From positions 248,001 to 312,000 of the forward strand of contig CAJFCJ010000021.1 in NCBI GenBank assembly GCA_904063045.1: DNA of 64,000 bases, read 5' to 3'. The stretch comes from Dimorphilus gyrociliatus. Lineage: Eukaryota; Animalia; Annelida. The notes beneath the pieces were generated by a model, which saw nothing but the letters and a program-made list of their open reading frames with translations, was not told the origin of the DNA and did no database searches. Below are positions 1 through 12,800 of the stretch, piece after piece (the first letter of the stretch is position 1; each line of letters begins with the position of its first letter). The position numbers were made by a program, and so were the translations under genes.

Positions 1-466
1 CTTCTCACACATTTAAGTGACAGCTTTTATTTTAACTCTCATTTAAGAATAGGAATAATTCTTTGGCTTTCAATTACAAATTAGGAGCAAAAGAAGAAGA
101 AAATAAATAGTAGAAGAAGACAAATAAGAACTAGATGTTGGAGATTAGGGGAAGAGGAGAAATTGTACTTCTATTCTGTGCTTATTCTAAAATACTGCTT
201 ATACACTATCTTTCATTTTATTTTGGATATTTTACCAAGAAGAAGAAAAAATTCAAGACAAAAAGACATATCAAGAATAAAATTTGCATGATCGTAATTG
301 ATTCTTGGTTTGAAATCAGTTGCTTTTGCAATCCAACGAGTTCGTGACTGTTGTTCGAAACTACGATTCTATAATTAATGGGAATTTGGAATGGTTTTTT
401 TTCTTCTTTCCATTTCCAGTGATACCTTCTTCTCGGTCAATAGATGGCAGCAGAAGATATACTTAT

Positions 467-469
<3 letters not shown>

Positions 470-501
<32 letters not shown>
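470..501. repeat. (TA)n microsatellite
   Basis: About 16 perfect AT units. Confidence 0.95.
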
Positions 502-503
<2 letters not shown>

Positions 504-1281
504 ATAATTAATCTTTATTATAATAGTAATAATAATAATAATAGAGCCGAAGGTAATGAAAGTTTTGTAAAAACGACCAAATTCTTCGCAGACATAAAGT
601 ATTAATCTTTCTACTTTTCTATTAAATAATGCTCCTGTAATTTTAAGATGCTAATAAAGGTTAATCGTTCTATGTTTATTAAAGTATGATTTTTGTCAAT
701 GCTTAACTAATCAGTTAAAGACTATTTCGGCCATTTCTTTTAATCAATCAAATGTTTATTAACCTTTATTAGAAGTCTTCTAATAACATTTGAACTAAAG
801 TAAACCAGCCAGGGCTAAGAGAAAAACTGTCAGTTTTAAGCAGAGTACAGTTTTCAATAGACATTTTTGTTTACAGAGGCATATCTCCTTCTCCCCTCTG
901 CAAAATAAATGACAGTGTAAAAAACTGTAAAGCCATAAATATATATTATTACCAATGTTTACCATCCCTTAATTAACAGTTTGTCTTAAGCCTTCGGCCT
1001 AATAGTACATCACTTTTCCTCTTTTTTTAGCATTTGGTAGCCCCCTGACAATTTCTTGTAGTAGGTCAAATCAACCTAATTTTTCACTAGCTAAGCAAAT
1101 TTTCTATCTTTTAAAATCCTATTCAGAGAAAACAAACTCCGTTACCGATGTTGGGCAAAATAGGAAAGAGAGCTAGAGGGAGCCATAGTCTAACATAAAA
1201 GAAGGAAATTTTTTTTGTTTATCAAACTATAGAATGAAGTATAACTAGATTAACTCACAAAAAAGAGTAGAAAAAAGAAGC

Positions 1282-1312
<31 letters not shown>

Positions 1313-4109
1313 ATGAAAAAAGTATAACTAAACAATAAAAGTAGAGTAAAGTGGTGACGATAGTAACGAAATAGAAAAGAATTAAACGCTAATAATTGTA
1401 ATAATAATAATAATGTTAATAAAAAACAGATAAATAAGAGAAAAGAAAAGACAACGATTGAAAAAATATGAGAATAGAAAGCTGATACTTGATATTGTAG
1501 TATTTAAATTTAGTGCATAAAAATAATATTGCAGCATTCTGTAAACTTATTAGAGCGGTTATTGTAAATGAAAAGTAATCAAATATCTGACATCTGGCTC
1601 CATTTGCTCAGCCTTAATTATATTTTTATTAAAAGTAATTATAGATAATAAATATTTATCCATTTTTTGTTAAATTTGAACAAATCTGCTAATAAATTTT
1701 ATATAAACTTACAAAAACAATTGAGATTTTTGTACAATGCAAATATATACATTGGTCCTTTATTTATTTATCATACATACTTCATTTTATGTTACACATG
1801 TTCTATATATAATAACCTATGAGCATATAGATATACTTAGAACAACACCACTACTACTAATTATTATGATTACTCTGCTACAGTCATTATATAGTATAAA
1901 AATATAGCTATTTGTATCATTAGCGTTGCTACGCTTTCTTCATATAATATTCAAAAAAAGTAACAAAAAGAATTTTGGGAAAAAGGTTAGGAAGGTTTTA
2001 AAAGAAGAGATAGGCCCAACTTTTGTTTACTCTTACCATAAACCAAAATTGAACTTGAAGGGAAGCCATATTGGCTAATAAACATAATTAAAGAAAATTT
2101 TTGAAAATAGATCTTTTGCTTTTAATAAAAATGAAGAGATTTTCATATAATTTGCCTTATTTTTGCAGTATTTTTATACCACTGTATTTTTAGATAAACT
2201 GCAAAGATGTATAAAAATGCTGCAGTTTTAGTATAAATTATATATAGTATATACTGCAAACGATAAGAAATAATAGTGTCTTTATTTTTCGTACGTTTCC
2301 CATATCTCTATCTTATAAATGTTTAATTTAATAGATTCAATATACATTTTATCTATAGTGAAGGTAAGTTTGTTTTCAATTGTAAATATTATATAGTATA
2401 TATTGATTGTATAATAAACGCCATTTATACAGTCTTTAATAATCTATACATATATACATTTATTTATTAAATATGAGTTTGTTCATTTAGTATATACACT
2501 ATATTTACTTATTAGGAAGAGTCGTTAACCGAGAGAGTTGCAGCTGCAAATACTTTTTGGTGTTTATCAAATTGAAGGCTTAAAATAAACATTTTTTATT
2601 ATTACTCGTTTTTTTTGTATACCGAATTATGATGATAGCATTAGAAAGAAGCTTACGGTTTAAGTAAATTCATTCAACTTTGGTTCAATTGCCAATCTCC
2701 AAAGGATAGTGTAAATTACAAGGCTCGATTAACTTTTGTAAATAGAGACGCTTCCGTTTTAAACAATAATATTTTTGGACATTCCCTCTTATTTTCATGT
2801 TACTTTTTTAATATATTTTTAGACATTACGTGTCAAATAAGGAATCTAGGGAGATGTCGTAGATGAATACCACGTCTCTTGGTTGGAATTTTTAAAGCGT
2901 TACCATACATCCATTAACCTAGTTGACGAAAAAAAAACCCTTCCAACCTTGAAAGTCGAAATGTCATCTTATCCTCCATTAATTAACTTAGGTATCTCGC
3001 ACTCTGGATCAAAAAAGAAGCTTACAATTGGGGACGTGAGAGATTTTACAGATTGGAAGAAGTGTGAGATGGAAAACATAAGATCGATCAACAAAATACT
3101 GCAAGACTGGTATATTATAAGATATCTTCAGCCTAGATTGTAGAGGAAAAATAAACGTATATTGTAGTAATAAAATAATAGTATACTCGTATGAGACATA
3201 TTATAAAGCTGAAATTCTTACGATGTAGTATAGATTATAAAATTAAATGAAAGAAATAGAAATGACAAAGAAAACAAGTTGAGAAAAAAAAAAGACGATT
3301 TACGTAATGGAAAGAATGAAAAAGTCATAGAATAAAAAAGTAATGCATATTCCTTTGCCGTTTCTAAATCCGAATAATATTAGGGATTATATTTTTTATC
3401 TGTATTGAATAAATTATCCAAGATTCTTTTTTTTTCATCTTTCTTTTTTTTTCTCTCTCTATCTCTGTAACTTATTAAGTAACAATTCTTTTAATGAAAT
3501 ATTTATAGGTTTTCTTTAAGTTCATTCCATCAGTAATGTTGAAAAACTACTCAAAACAGGCATTAAAAGAATGACTATCTGGTAGGAAGGCAAATTACGA
3601 AGTTTTAATTAATTTCTTCTCGAGAATAGGTTAGGTTTATAATTAAGAATATTCAATATTCTTTTCTGTATTCTTTTAAGTATTACTCAAAGTTTTACTT
3701 TACATATAAACTTGTAGATATTGTATCTATACATATATATTGAACAAATATACAGAATATACAGTATATTATAAGCTCTATCTATTTCATATATTTTATT
3801 TATTCAACAACAGATGGCAGCATATACTTGTAAAAAAGAATCTTAAATCATTAAGTCCCCATGAGTTTTTTTTTCTAGTCAATGTTTTTAAATGAGTTTT
3901 TAATAACGCATCTATCGATTAAATAATACTACCCTAAAACATACTTATAGACTTTTTCTTCCAAGGACATAAAAATTAACATATGTAAACTCAAGTAAGC
4001 CTTCCAGAAATATTACGCAACAACCTGTATAAAAGTTTTCCTATATTGTAAAAAGAAAGAAAATTTAATTAAAAAATATGAGGTTCATAAAAATTTGCTT
4101 GTTGTTATG

Positions 4110-4140
<31 letters not shown>

Positions 4141-4454
4141 TTTTTGTATAGATGTTCATTTATTTATATATTTGTACCTTGTTTTTTTTTATTGTATAAA
4201 TACATTAATAACTACTAATGACCGAAACAGGTAATTTATTAGGAAATTAATTCCACGCATTATTGCATGAATTATTGGAAAATACAAAAAGAAAAGTTAA
4301 AAAATAAATCACTTGTTAAAAAAAAGAGAAAGAAAAATCTCATTTATTGTTATTTTCATAATAAACAGAATACTATCATTGTTTTAATTAATCTGTTAAT
4401 TCCTTATTTTATAGCTTCGGCTTTTCTCTCTCAGTCACTCTCTTTTTCTGTCTC

Positions 4455-4458
<4 letters not shown>

Positions 4459-4492
<34 letters not shown>
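4459..4492. repeat. (TC)n microsatellite
   Basis: About 17 perfect TC units. Confidence 0.95.
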
Positions 4493-4495
<3 letters not shown>

Positions 4496-5955
4496 CTTTC
4501 TCTTTATCTTTCTCTCTTTATCTTTCTTCTTTCATTCTCTCTTTAAAATCGATAAAAATAGAAGAAAAAGATTATTAAGTTTATGTTTTATTTTTAAAAA
4601 ATATAATTTTGAAAGTAACGAGAAAAAATATACAAAAGAAAAAAGGGTTTAAGATATAATAGCATATTCCAGTTCAATTATTACGTGTGTAAAATAATGC
4701 CTGAAGGGAGGTAAATGACGGGGAGAAAGAGAAGGAGAGGGAAGGGTCAATGTCCTTTTGTTAGTAAAGTCTAATAGACATTTTTCTATTTTCTTTTCTC
4801 TGTTGTTATTATTAAATGTCTTTTTTTCTTTTTATTAAAAAATAATCGTAAAATTTACACAAAATATTATAATTTAATGCATTTTAATATATAAAATGAC
4901 CATTCTTAGCAATTTAATACTTCTAAACAATGATCTTACAAAAGAAAATTAAGAATAAAATGGAAGAAAATGTAAAATAAATGTTCACTGTACATTAGGT
5001 GTTAAAGAGAGAGAGAGAGAGATAGCTATTTACTGGGCGTTACCTATTATAGAAGGAATCTGATTTCCTGTTTTGTAAGAAAGAGTAATTTATGAACAAG
5101 AGATTAATGAAATAGATATACTTTTTTAAGAAAAGCTTATTTGTTCTTTAAGGAGAAAATGCAAGTTTAAAGATAACTCTGTTTTTATTCTTAGAATTAT
5201 ATCCAACTAATTCCGATTATTTCTTTTCTTTTTTTTTTTTTTACATTGGCAAGGAAAGGATGAAAAGAAAACAACATAAAAAACTAATATAATCTATTAC
5301 TGGTGATAATAGAAAATGTATGTCTCAATATCAATTTTTAATCTCTACGTTCATGACAAGAATATATATATATGTATATAAAGAAATATATTTTTCTCGT
5401 TGATTTTTTTTTTGCTCCTCCTATCCTCGTCCTTCTTGTGTTTGTTTCTTTCCTTGACAAACTCTATCTAAGCTGAAACCAGGAAGAATCAGCGTGAGAA
5501 GATACGAATTCAATTATTTAACTAATTACTATAATTAAAATCAATAGAAAATCATTTTTTCTATCTTTGCTATATAAAGCCAATATATTGACAATAGATG
5601 GCACAATGTTCTCCTGATAAAAAAACACGGATTTTAAATATATATCAGTGTACTTGTTATATACCATATTGAATAAATATATAACTAAGTATACCTCATA
5701 GTCAGTGTTTATGTATAGTGCACATTTCATATGTAAAGAAAGTATTTACCTTCATTTATCATTTATTTAAATAAATAAAACATAGAAAATCAGTGACATG
5801 TGATTATAGACGAGCAAGTCATTAATTGGATGGTGACATCGAAAATTTAAACTCTTATTTGATTTATACTTTTATGTGGAAGAAAATTGTATTAATTATA
5901 AGATAAGACAAAAAGCATATACATATAGGTGTAGTTAAGTACATAAACAAAGCGA

Positions 5956-5960
<5 letters not shown>

Positions 5961-5987
<27 letters not shown>
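5961..5987. repeat. (GA)n microsatellite
   Basis: About 13 GA units. Confidence 0.95.
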
Positions 5988-5991
<4 letters not shown>

Positions 5992-7230
5992 AGAAATCGT
6001 CTACAAAAAAATATATCGATAGATTTCTTGCCATTTTAATAGAGTTTTTGATTAAAATTACATAAGTATTCCATTATAAGGAGACTTGAAAAAATTACAA
6101 AAATGCAAAAGATATTCAATTATTAACAATCATTATTATTCATAAATAACAGAATAGAGCCTATAAAAAGAACAAAGACAACAAAAATGGATATATTGTT
6201 TTATTTCATATATGTAGAGCATACAGTATATGCAATACAGTAAAGTTAAAATATACTAAATATGTATTACATATAAATTATAAAATTTATATTATATTTT
6301 ACTGTTTATCTGATTATTAACAATACATACGCAAGAAGCAGTAAGCTTGATGTCTATGTTACGCAATCTTTCACCGTTAATACCTGTTTTCTTTTGTAGA
6401 TATGTACAAAAAATCTACTTATTTTTCATTTAGGCTTTAATTGATTTTTGTCCTTTCCTATTTTCTTAAAGAAAAGCTTTTAAATCGGTGGAATATAATT
6501 TTCTGTTTCGATGTGTGTAAGGTGAATTTGTATACTTTATACTGCATAGCATATAAGTATATTACATATAGATATATATATATCAAAGATCATATATAGT
6601 TAACATATATATACCACATAAAAGACTTAATTAATTTGTCTACTCTAAGAAACTAAATTTCCTTGTAAGGAGTATACAACATGCAACTCTTATGGATATT
6701 CTGTATGTATGGTTAGTTATTGAGTTCAAAATCAGGCCTAGCAATATTATCATGTGCTTAATTAGATAGCTCTAACGAGTGTCTTAAATTTGGCATCGAA
6801 ATAAGAAAGATTACCCAATACATTACTTAAGGTAACATTTTCATCTAAATAACCTATATATAAACATATTTATATAAATATACGAAAATATAAAGTATAT
6901 ATATGTTTATACTTGTATACGTTTATAGTATTAGGTTATGTACTTAACACTGAATAATTTTTATATCCTTTTTTATACTTGTCTTTCTATCTCTCTCCCT
7001 TTCTCGCTGCCTCTGTTTCTGTCTTTGGCTCTCTGTCTGTCTGTCTCTCTCTCTCGGTTCTATGTCTCTTTTCTATCCATCTATTTATCTATCTATTTAT
7101 CTGTCTTTACCGGGTGTTTTTTTTCATCTTCCTCTCTTTTCTCTGTGTTTTCTCCCCCTTAATATCTAACTACCTATCTCAGATAATAGTGTTATGTTTA
7201 TGAATTCATCTGTAATAGTATCCATATTAT

Positions 7231-7282
7231 ATGCAGCTTTCAGTTTCTCGGGCGTTGATGCGCAGATGGCGCCAACAAACAG
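7231..7282 (+). CDS. Candidate upstream coding exon of the BAIAP3-like gene (MQLSVSRALMRRWRQQT)
   Basis: In-frame ATGs at 7231 and 7258. Donor AG|gtacgg at 7283, 74-nt intron, acceptor tttatag| at 7356. The phase-1 join is in frame with ATG 7368. Confidence 0.55.
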
Positions 7283-7367
7283 GTACGGCACGTCATTGAT
7301 TGCCGCCACTTTGCAGTATTGCAGTTAACGCTTCACGCCGTCACCTGCCTTTATAGAATTACGTGAA

Positions 7368-9854
7368 ATGGCAAACTGTGGTAGGAGTAGGTCAGAACGT
7401 TTAAAAGCTCAGAGAACATTAAGCATACAAAGGGATTCTTCGGCGGAAAGACGAACTTCTCCAAAACAATCAGCCAATAGCGCGTGAGTATTTCTATCTG
7501 TTTCTTTTTTAATAAAGTTCTCAGGCACTGAAAAATAGGAAAGAAAGGGTAAATCGAGTGCCTTTTTACCTAGGCGACTTGCTAAATGATAGGCATGACG
7601 CTTTATAGGCGTCTACCTAAAAAATCGTATTATTTCCCACGTAAAACTCATATTTTCGAATATAAAATTTCTTCGTCAGACCTACACTTCATTTATCTTT
7701 CAAATAGTAAATGAAATAAATATGCTTAAAAATTCTCTTCTTTTCGAAATTGCTCTCAAAAAGATGTTATATACTGTATGTTTTAGTGTATATATATATA
7801 TATATATATATATATGTCTAAGCAGTATATATAAAGCATATACCAATATTTAAAAAAGATATAGGAAGCCCTCAATTATGAAAAAGGAGTTCAAATTTCA
7901 GATGTTAAGTTAAATTTAATTCTCTTTAAGAACTGAAAGAAAAATATTATAAGCGTCTCTTTCCCCTCTTACTATAATTAAATCTACTATTTGAAAAATT
8001 ATTACCGTACATTAAGTATCGAATTTTAAAACCCTTATTTCCGAATCTGTTTGTCGGTTTTTTAATTAATATCATTATAGCATAAATGATGATATTGACC
8101 TTAGAATGAACGCTACTATAAAACAAAATCAAAAATGACAGTTTTAACAATATAAACATTTTTTTTTAGCTGTACAACGTAATCTGTTAGTATCTTTACT
8201 CTGGATATAGTATTGTATAGAGCTAACTTTAATTTAATTCCTTTTATTCGGTTAGTTAGTTAAACGCATTTAGACAGTTCGAAACGTAACAGTCACTTAC
8301 TATTTTTTCTCCAGTCACGTGATAGATTTTATTAAGGTTTCGTAGAGTGTGTCCTGAAGTAATTGTTCAGGTCTAATCAATGAGAAGCTTATTTCTGTCC
8401 TTACATAGCTAAAATGAATATTGAAAGAACTATTTAAGTATCCTGTTTGCATAAAAGAACAAATCAACCCATTTTCGGTTATTCAAGTGAGGTTATTAAA
8501 AAACAGTGTAGCGCTGAATTTCCAATTATGCATTCAATATCATCTGAGGAAAATAAATAAAAAGAAGCGAAACGCTATGAAATTTTAATAAGAAAAATAA
8601 GGTAACTTAATATAAATAATACACATTCCTTCATCATTCAATCATTCAACTTCCATTATAAGTTCTATTTTTGAAATCGAATCATATTTAATCATGATAT
8701 TAATTAACTAATTATGTAGTAATTAGTTAATGGTTAGCTTTTAAAAAACGAATTAAATTAATACAGGGTTCAACAAGCAGACGGTAGCTTTTTCGAAAGT
8801 TTCACAGCCCTGATATGGAGACAACAGAATCAACGCCTGAGAGGTGCGGCTGACGATGGGAGAACAATTATAGCCGAATCGAAGGTCATTGGTACAGAAC
8901 ATGGAAGAATGTTTCCCAGCAGGAAGGATTTTGAATCTCTTTATGTGGAAGTATTGTATACTATTAAACATAAAGTTGGAGCAGGTTCAACGCATGCGTT
9001 ATCCGAACTATTTGAGTATGCGAAAAAATCGTTTGGTGTTACACCGGATGAACACGCCAGGCTTTTAGCTAAGGCTGCCGAAGAAAAGGTAAGCTGTCAA
9101 TAACATTCTCCCATGATACTCTTTGTTTCTTCTTTTCAATTTTTATTCTTTTTGTGCATTCCTATTTATTCCTCTTTTTTCTTCTCCTATATTTTCCTTC
9201 TTGTTCTATTTATTACTCGTAGAGGGTAAGCCTTATTCATCAGCATGTAAATGTGATTAACGTGAAATATTGCACTTGTTTCATTTTATGTCAATTTTGA
9301 GCTTCTATATTTTGCCTTACCCTGGAGAAGATCACGTGACATACAAGGTGATCTTTAGAGGTTTTACGCATTAAACGGTTGCAATTCTTCAAGGTACTTG
9401 AAAGATATTCGCCGAAAAAGCAATTCTAATTTTCTAATAGTTTTTAACTATATTATATATAAAAATCATATTTGAAAAACAAAAAGGAATCTGTAAACAT
9501 TAAAAATTAAGGGTAACTAAGTCATTATTCATATTCCCCCATTATAAATCACTTTTGACAATAGGATGGAGGATTCAGGTATTTAAATAAAAGAAAAAAA
9601 TTGATAAAAAATTGTTTTCTTCCCATTCTTATATCATACGTTCTATTATAGGGTAGATTGAAACCCCTCTATAGGCTTTTTAGATCAGAAACAGTCAGAA
9701 ATAAAGCCATTGATGCTTAACAAGCTTAACCCTTATAAACCATATAATATACAGTATATATATATATATAAATCGTGCTGCACAAAAGACCTAAAAATCA
9801 AATATAAAAGTGTGTATACATGTATATTTATTCAGTCAATATAGAATTTATAGA

Positions 9855-9895
<41 letters not shown>

Positions 9896-12800
9896 CTATA
9901 TAGATATATGCATTATATAATGTATTACGAATGCTCATAAATAAAAAGTAGTTTTTAAAGTGTCCCCATTTATCTTTATCCTCATATAGCTCTAAAAAGG
10001 AAACTCAATACAAATATACTTTAGTATAGATTTTTTTAAATGTACAATGCATATAATATGGCTTTAACTAGTTTTCTTTTTGATGTATGTAAATGAAAAG
10101 AACATTAAAGAAATGAAATTTTCTCTATTAGTAAAAATTTTTACACTGTAAAAGTTTTAAAAGGAGTGAATAATACAGAAAGTAAAACCATGAATTAGAA
10201 TGCTGAAGGAAGCATAAGAGATTGTAAAGATATATAGATAGTAAAAAAAGAGACAAAGAACAAAGAAAGAAGAGTAGATAGGCGGAGGTAAGGGAGAAAT
10301 TGCTTTGCAGTAAATGTAGGAAAAAAAATTCCTCTGAAAACGGTACAATTGCATAATGAAAGCTGAACTGACATTGATGTTCTCTTAAGAAAAAGGTTAC
10401 GACATTTTTTCTCCGAAAACTATTCTTTTTTTGTATATATTAGTCCTAGTTTTCCTAGGAATACAAGTATATATAACTGTAACACATCCCCTCTAATCTT
10501 AATATAAAGTATGATCAATTGTTTATCCAACAAATTAAGTGGGCGTTTTATATCTTAATGTTGTATTAGAGAAGGTGAAATTGTTTTCGAAAGGACATGG
10601 AAAAGATTTCTCCTGCAAGCAGGCCTAAAAAGAACACTCGATCCAGACATTAAGCTTATAATACGCTTAAATTCAATTAACCTGAAAGCTAGAGAAAAAA
10701 AAAGATAGTATTAACAGATAGAATTATTTCGCATCTTGTACGATAATGTATAATTCTTTCATGATTTTAACACCTATCCCTATATCTTCTGTTTCATATA
10801 TTAAACAATAAAGGCAAAAGGAAAAAAAGATTTGTGTTCATTAAAACTCATATAACTATAAGGTTATTAATTACGGGGCTTAAATTTGTTTTTGTTATAT
10901 TTCTAAAGCTATGAGAAAAGATTATTTTTAGGCCTATAAATACTGTAAAATAAATACTAATCATTCTTTTTAAAGACTCTCCTGGAAATACCTAATGATA
11001 AATCTTATCATTCCTTTTCCCTTCTCTTACAAAAAATGTACATATTTACCATAGATAAATCATTAAATTTCAAAAGAAAATATTAAAAAGAACCCGTATA
11101 TACCCAACAACACTCGAATGAGCTGATTAATCACGTGATGAAAGAATAGGAATACCCTTTGTTTTTTTCTATTTACTTATTCTCAGAGATATATCGCTAA
11201 TTTTAACAGATTTGATAAAAATCACCTAAGATGCGTCTCTTTATGCAACCTCGAAAAAGGTATAAATAATTTGTTAACAAAGCGAAAACCTCTTTACGCT
11301 TTTCCATTTCTCTTCTCTATACAAACCCCTTCCGCCTACCAAATTCCCCTTCCTCCTCTCATTTCAAATTCATTTTCTCCAGTCTGAAACTATATCAAGA
11401 TAATTTTCTGACGTTAGTTGAAAAAATGTATGAAAAGGAAGAGAGAAAGGGAGACGTAAAAGATATATAGACAAAGAGAGAGAGAGAGAGAGAGAGATAC
11501 ATACAATTCACTGTAAATTATTCATTCATTTAAATTAACAATAATTATCACAATTTTAAGCATATTATTTGTTATTTATGTATTTATATATAGGACTATA
11601 TTTACATTAAGAACTTTACAAAATTTCCTTTTTTGTTACAATATTCACGATTTATCATTGATAAACTTTATAAAAAAGGACTTATAAAAACTTTATACTA
11701 AACTAACAGTTAGCATACTGTATTATACTTTCAACGTATGCTCGTCATCATTAAATCATTTTTGGAGGGAAGGCAGAGGGAGGAAAAAACTGTAATGGAT
11801 CGAAACGAAAAGTGATTTATTTGCGTATTTCTTTTCTTTTGAGAAAGAATACTATTTCACTATTTACTGTTGTTTAAAAGGAAAGAGAAAGATGTAGTCC
11901 TATAGCATAGTATTTATATTTAGAACAATATAGGAGATTTACAGAAAAAATAATAGATCATAATTCAGGGAACCTAATTTTGCTTATCATGTAATATTAC
12001 GGTAGACTTATATATAAATGCATTGTATTTATTTATCACAGAGAATTATAGGAACACATTAAGAGTTGTATTCGTGTCTTATAATAATTTCTACTTATTG
12101 AGTAAAACGGATATAAATCAATCAGTTTTCCCTTTTCCAGCCTTTTCTACTTTTCCTTCCCCTTTTTCCTTTCCCCTCTCATCAAGAGGATGTGAGCTAG
12201 CATGTACATAAGAGAGTAGTTTGAGTAAAAAATAAATATATTTTTGTTATGAAGAGAAGATATTGTATCCTTTTATGTTTTCATTTATTATCACGCACGG
12301 ACCAAATTGTCTTTAACCGTAATTATTTTCATATAGAATTACTTATGCAGGGTGGAAAAGGCTGATACATTATAATCTCTATAAGGGTCTCATTGTACTC
12401 TTCCTCTTAAATTTTATTCAATGCTTTTTTTTCTTATGTAGTAAATATGATGTTTCTAAAAAAGAAATTCAGCAAATTTGTTCCTATCTATCCCACTTTC
12501 ATCTTATTATTAGAATCTTTTGTGTATTTGGTCTTTTAATTATAAATCTATTTTCTATAGATATACTTTCTTGCTACTATTTGTGGTTTCTCTTTCGTTT
12601 AAATAGTTGTTCTGTAGTTCTTGTTTCTTTTTTGTTTATTATTAACTGTTATATCTTTATTAATTAATTAATTAATTAATTAATTAATTATTCAATAATA
12701 ATAACACTTGTCAGTTATTTTGTTTAGTAATCATTAACATGCAACCTCAAATTGATAAATAACAACGTAAACAAATAGATAAACAAAGTTTCTGTTTTTA

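Noticed and set aside
230-382. Stop-free ~50-codon minus-strand frame bounded by possible AG and GT sites
   Set aside because: No homology recognised and no partner exons within the window.
2883-3143. 86-codon TTG-start ORF with protein-like composition
   Set aside because: No ATG start at the ORF boundary, no recognisable domain and no compatible splice partners. It could be a decayed element, but I cannot support that.
6722-6734. GAGTTCAAAATCA resembling a Pol III B-box
   Set aside because: No A-box or cloverleaf around it.
9726-9734. TTAACCCTT resembling a piggyBac end
   Set aside because: No matching AAGGGTTAA partner terminus or transposase remnant found.
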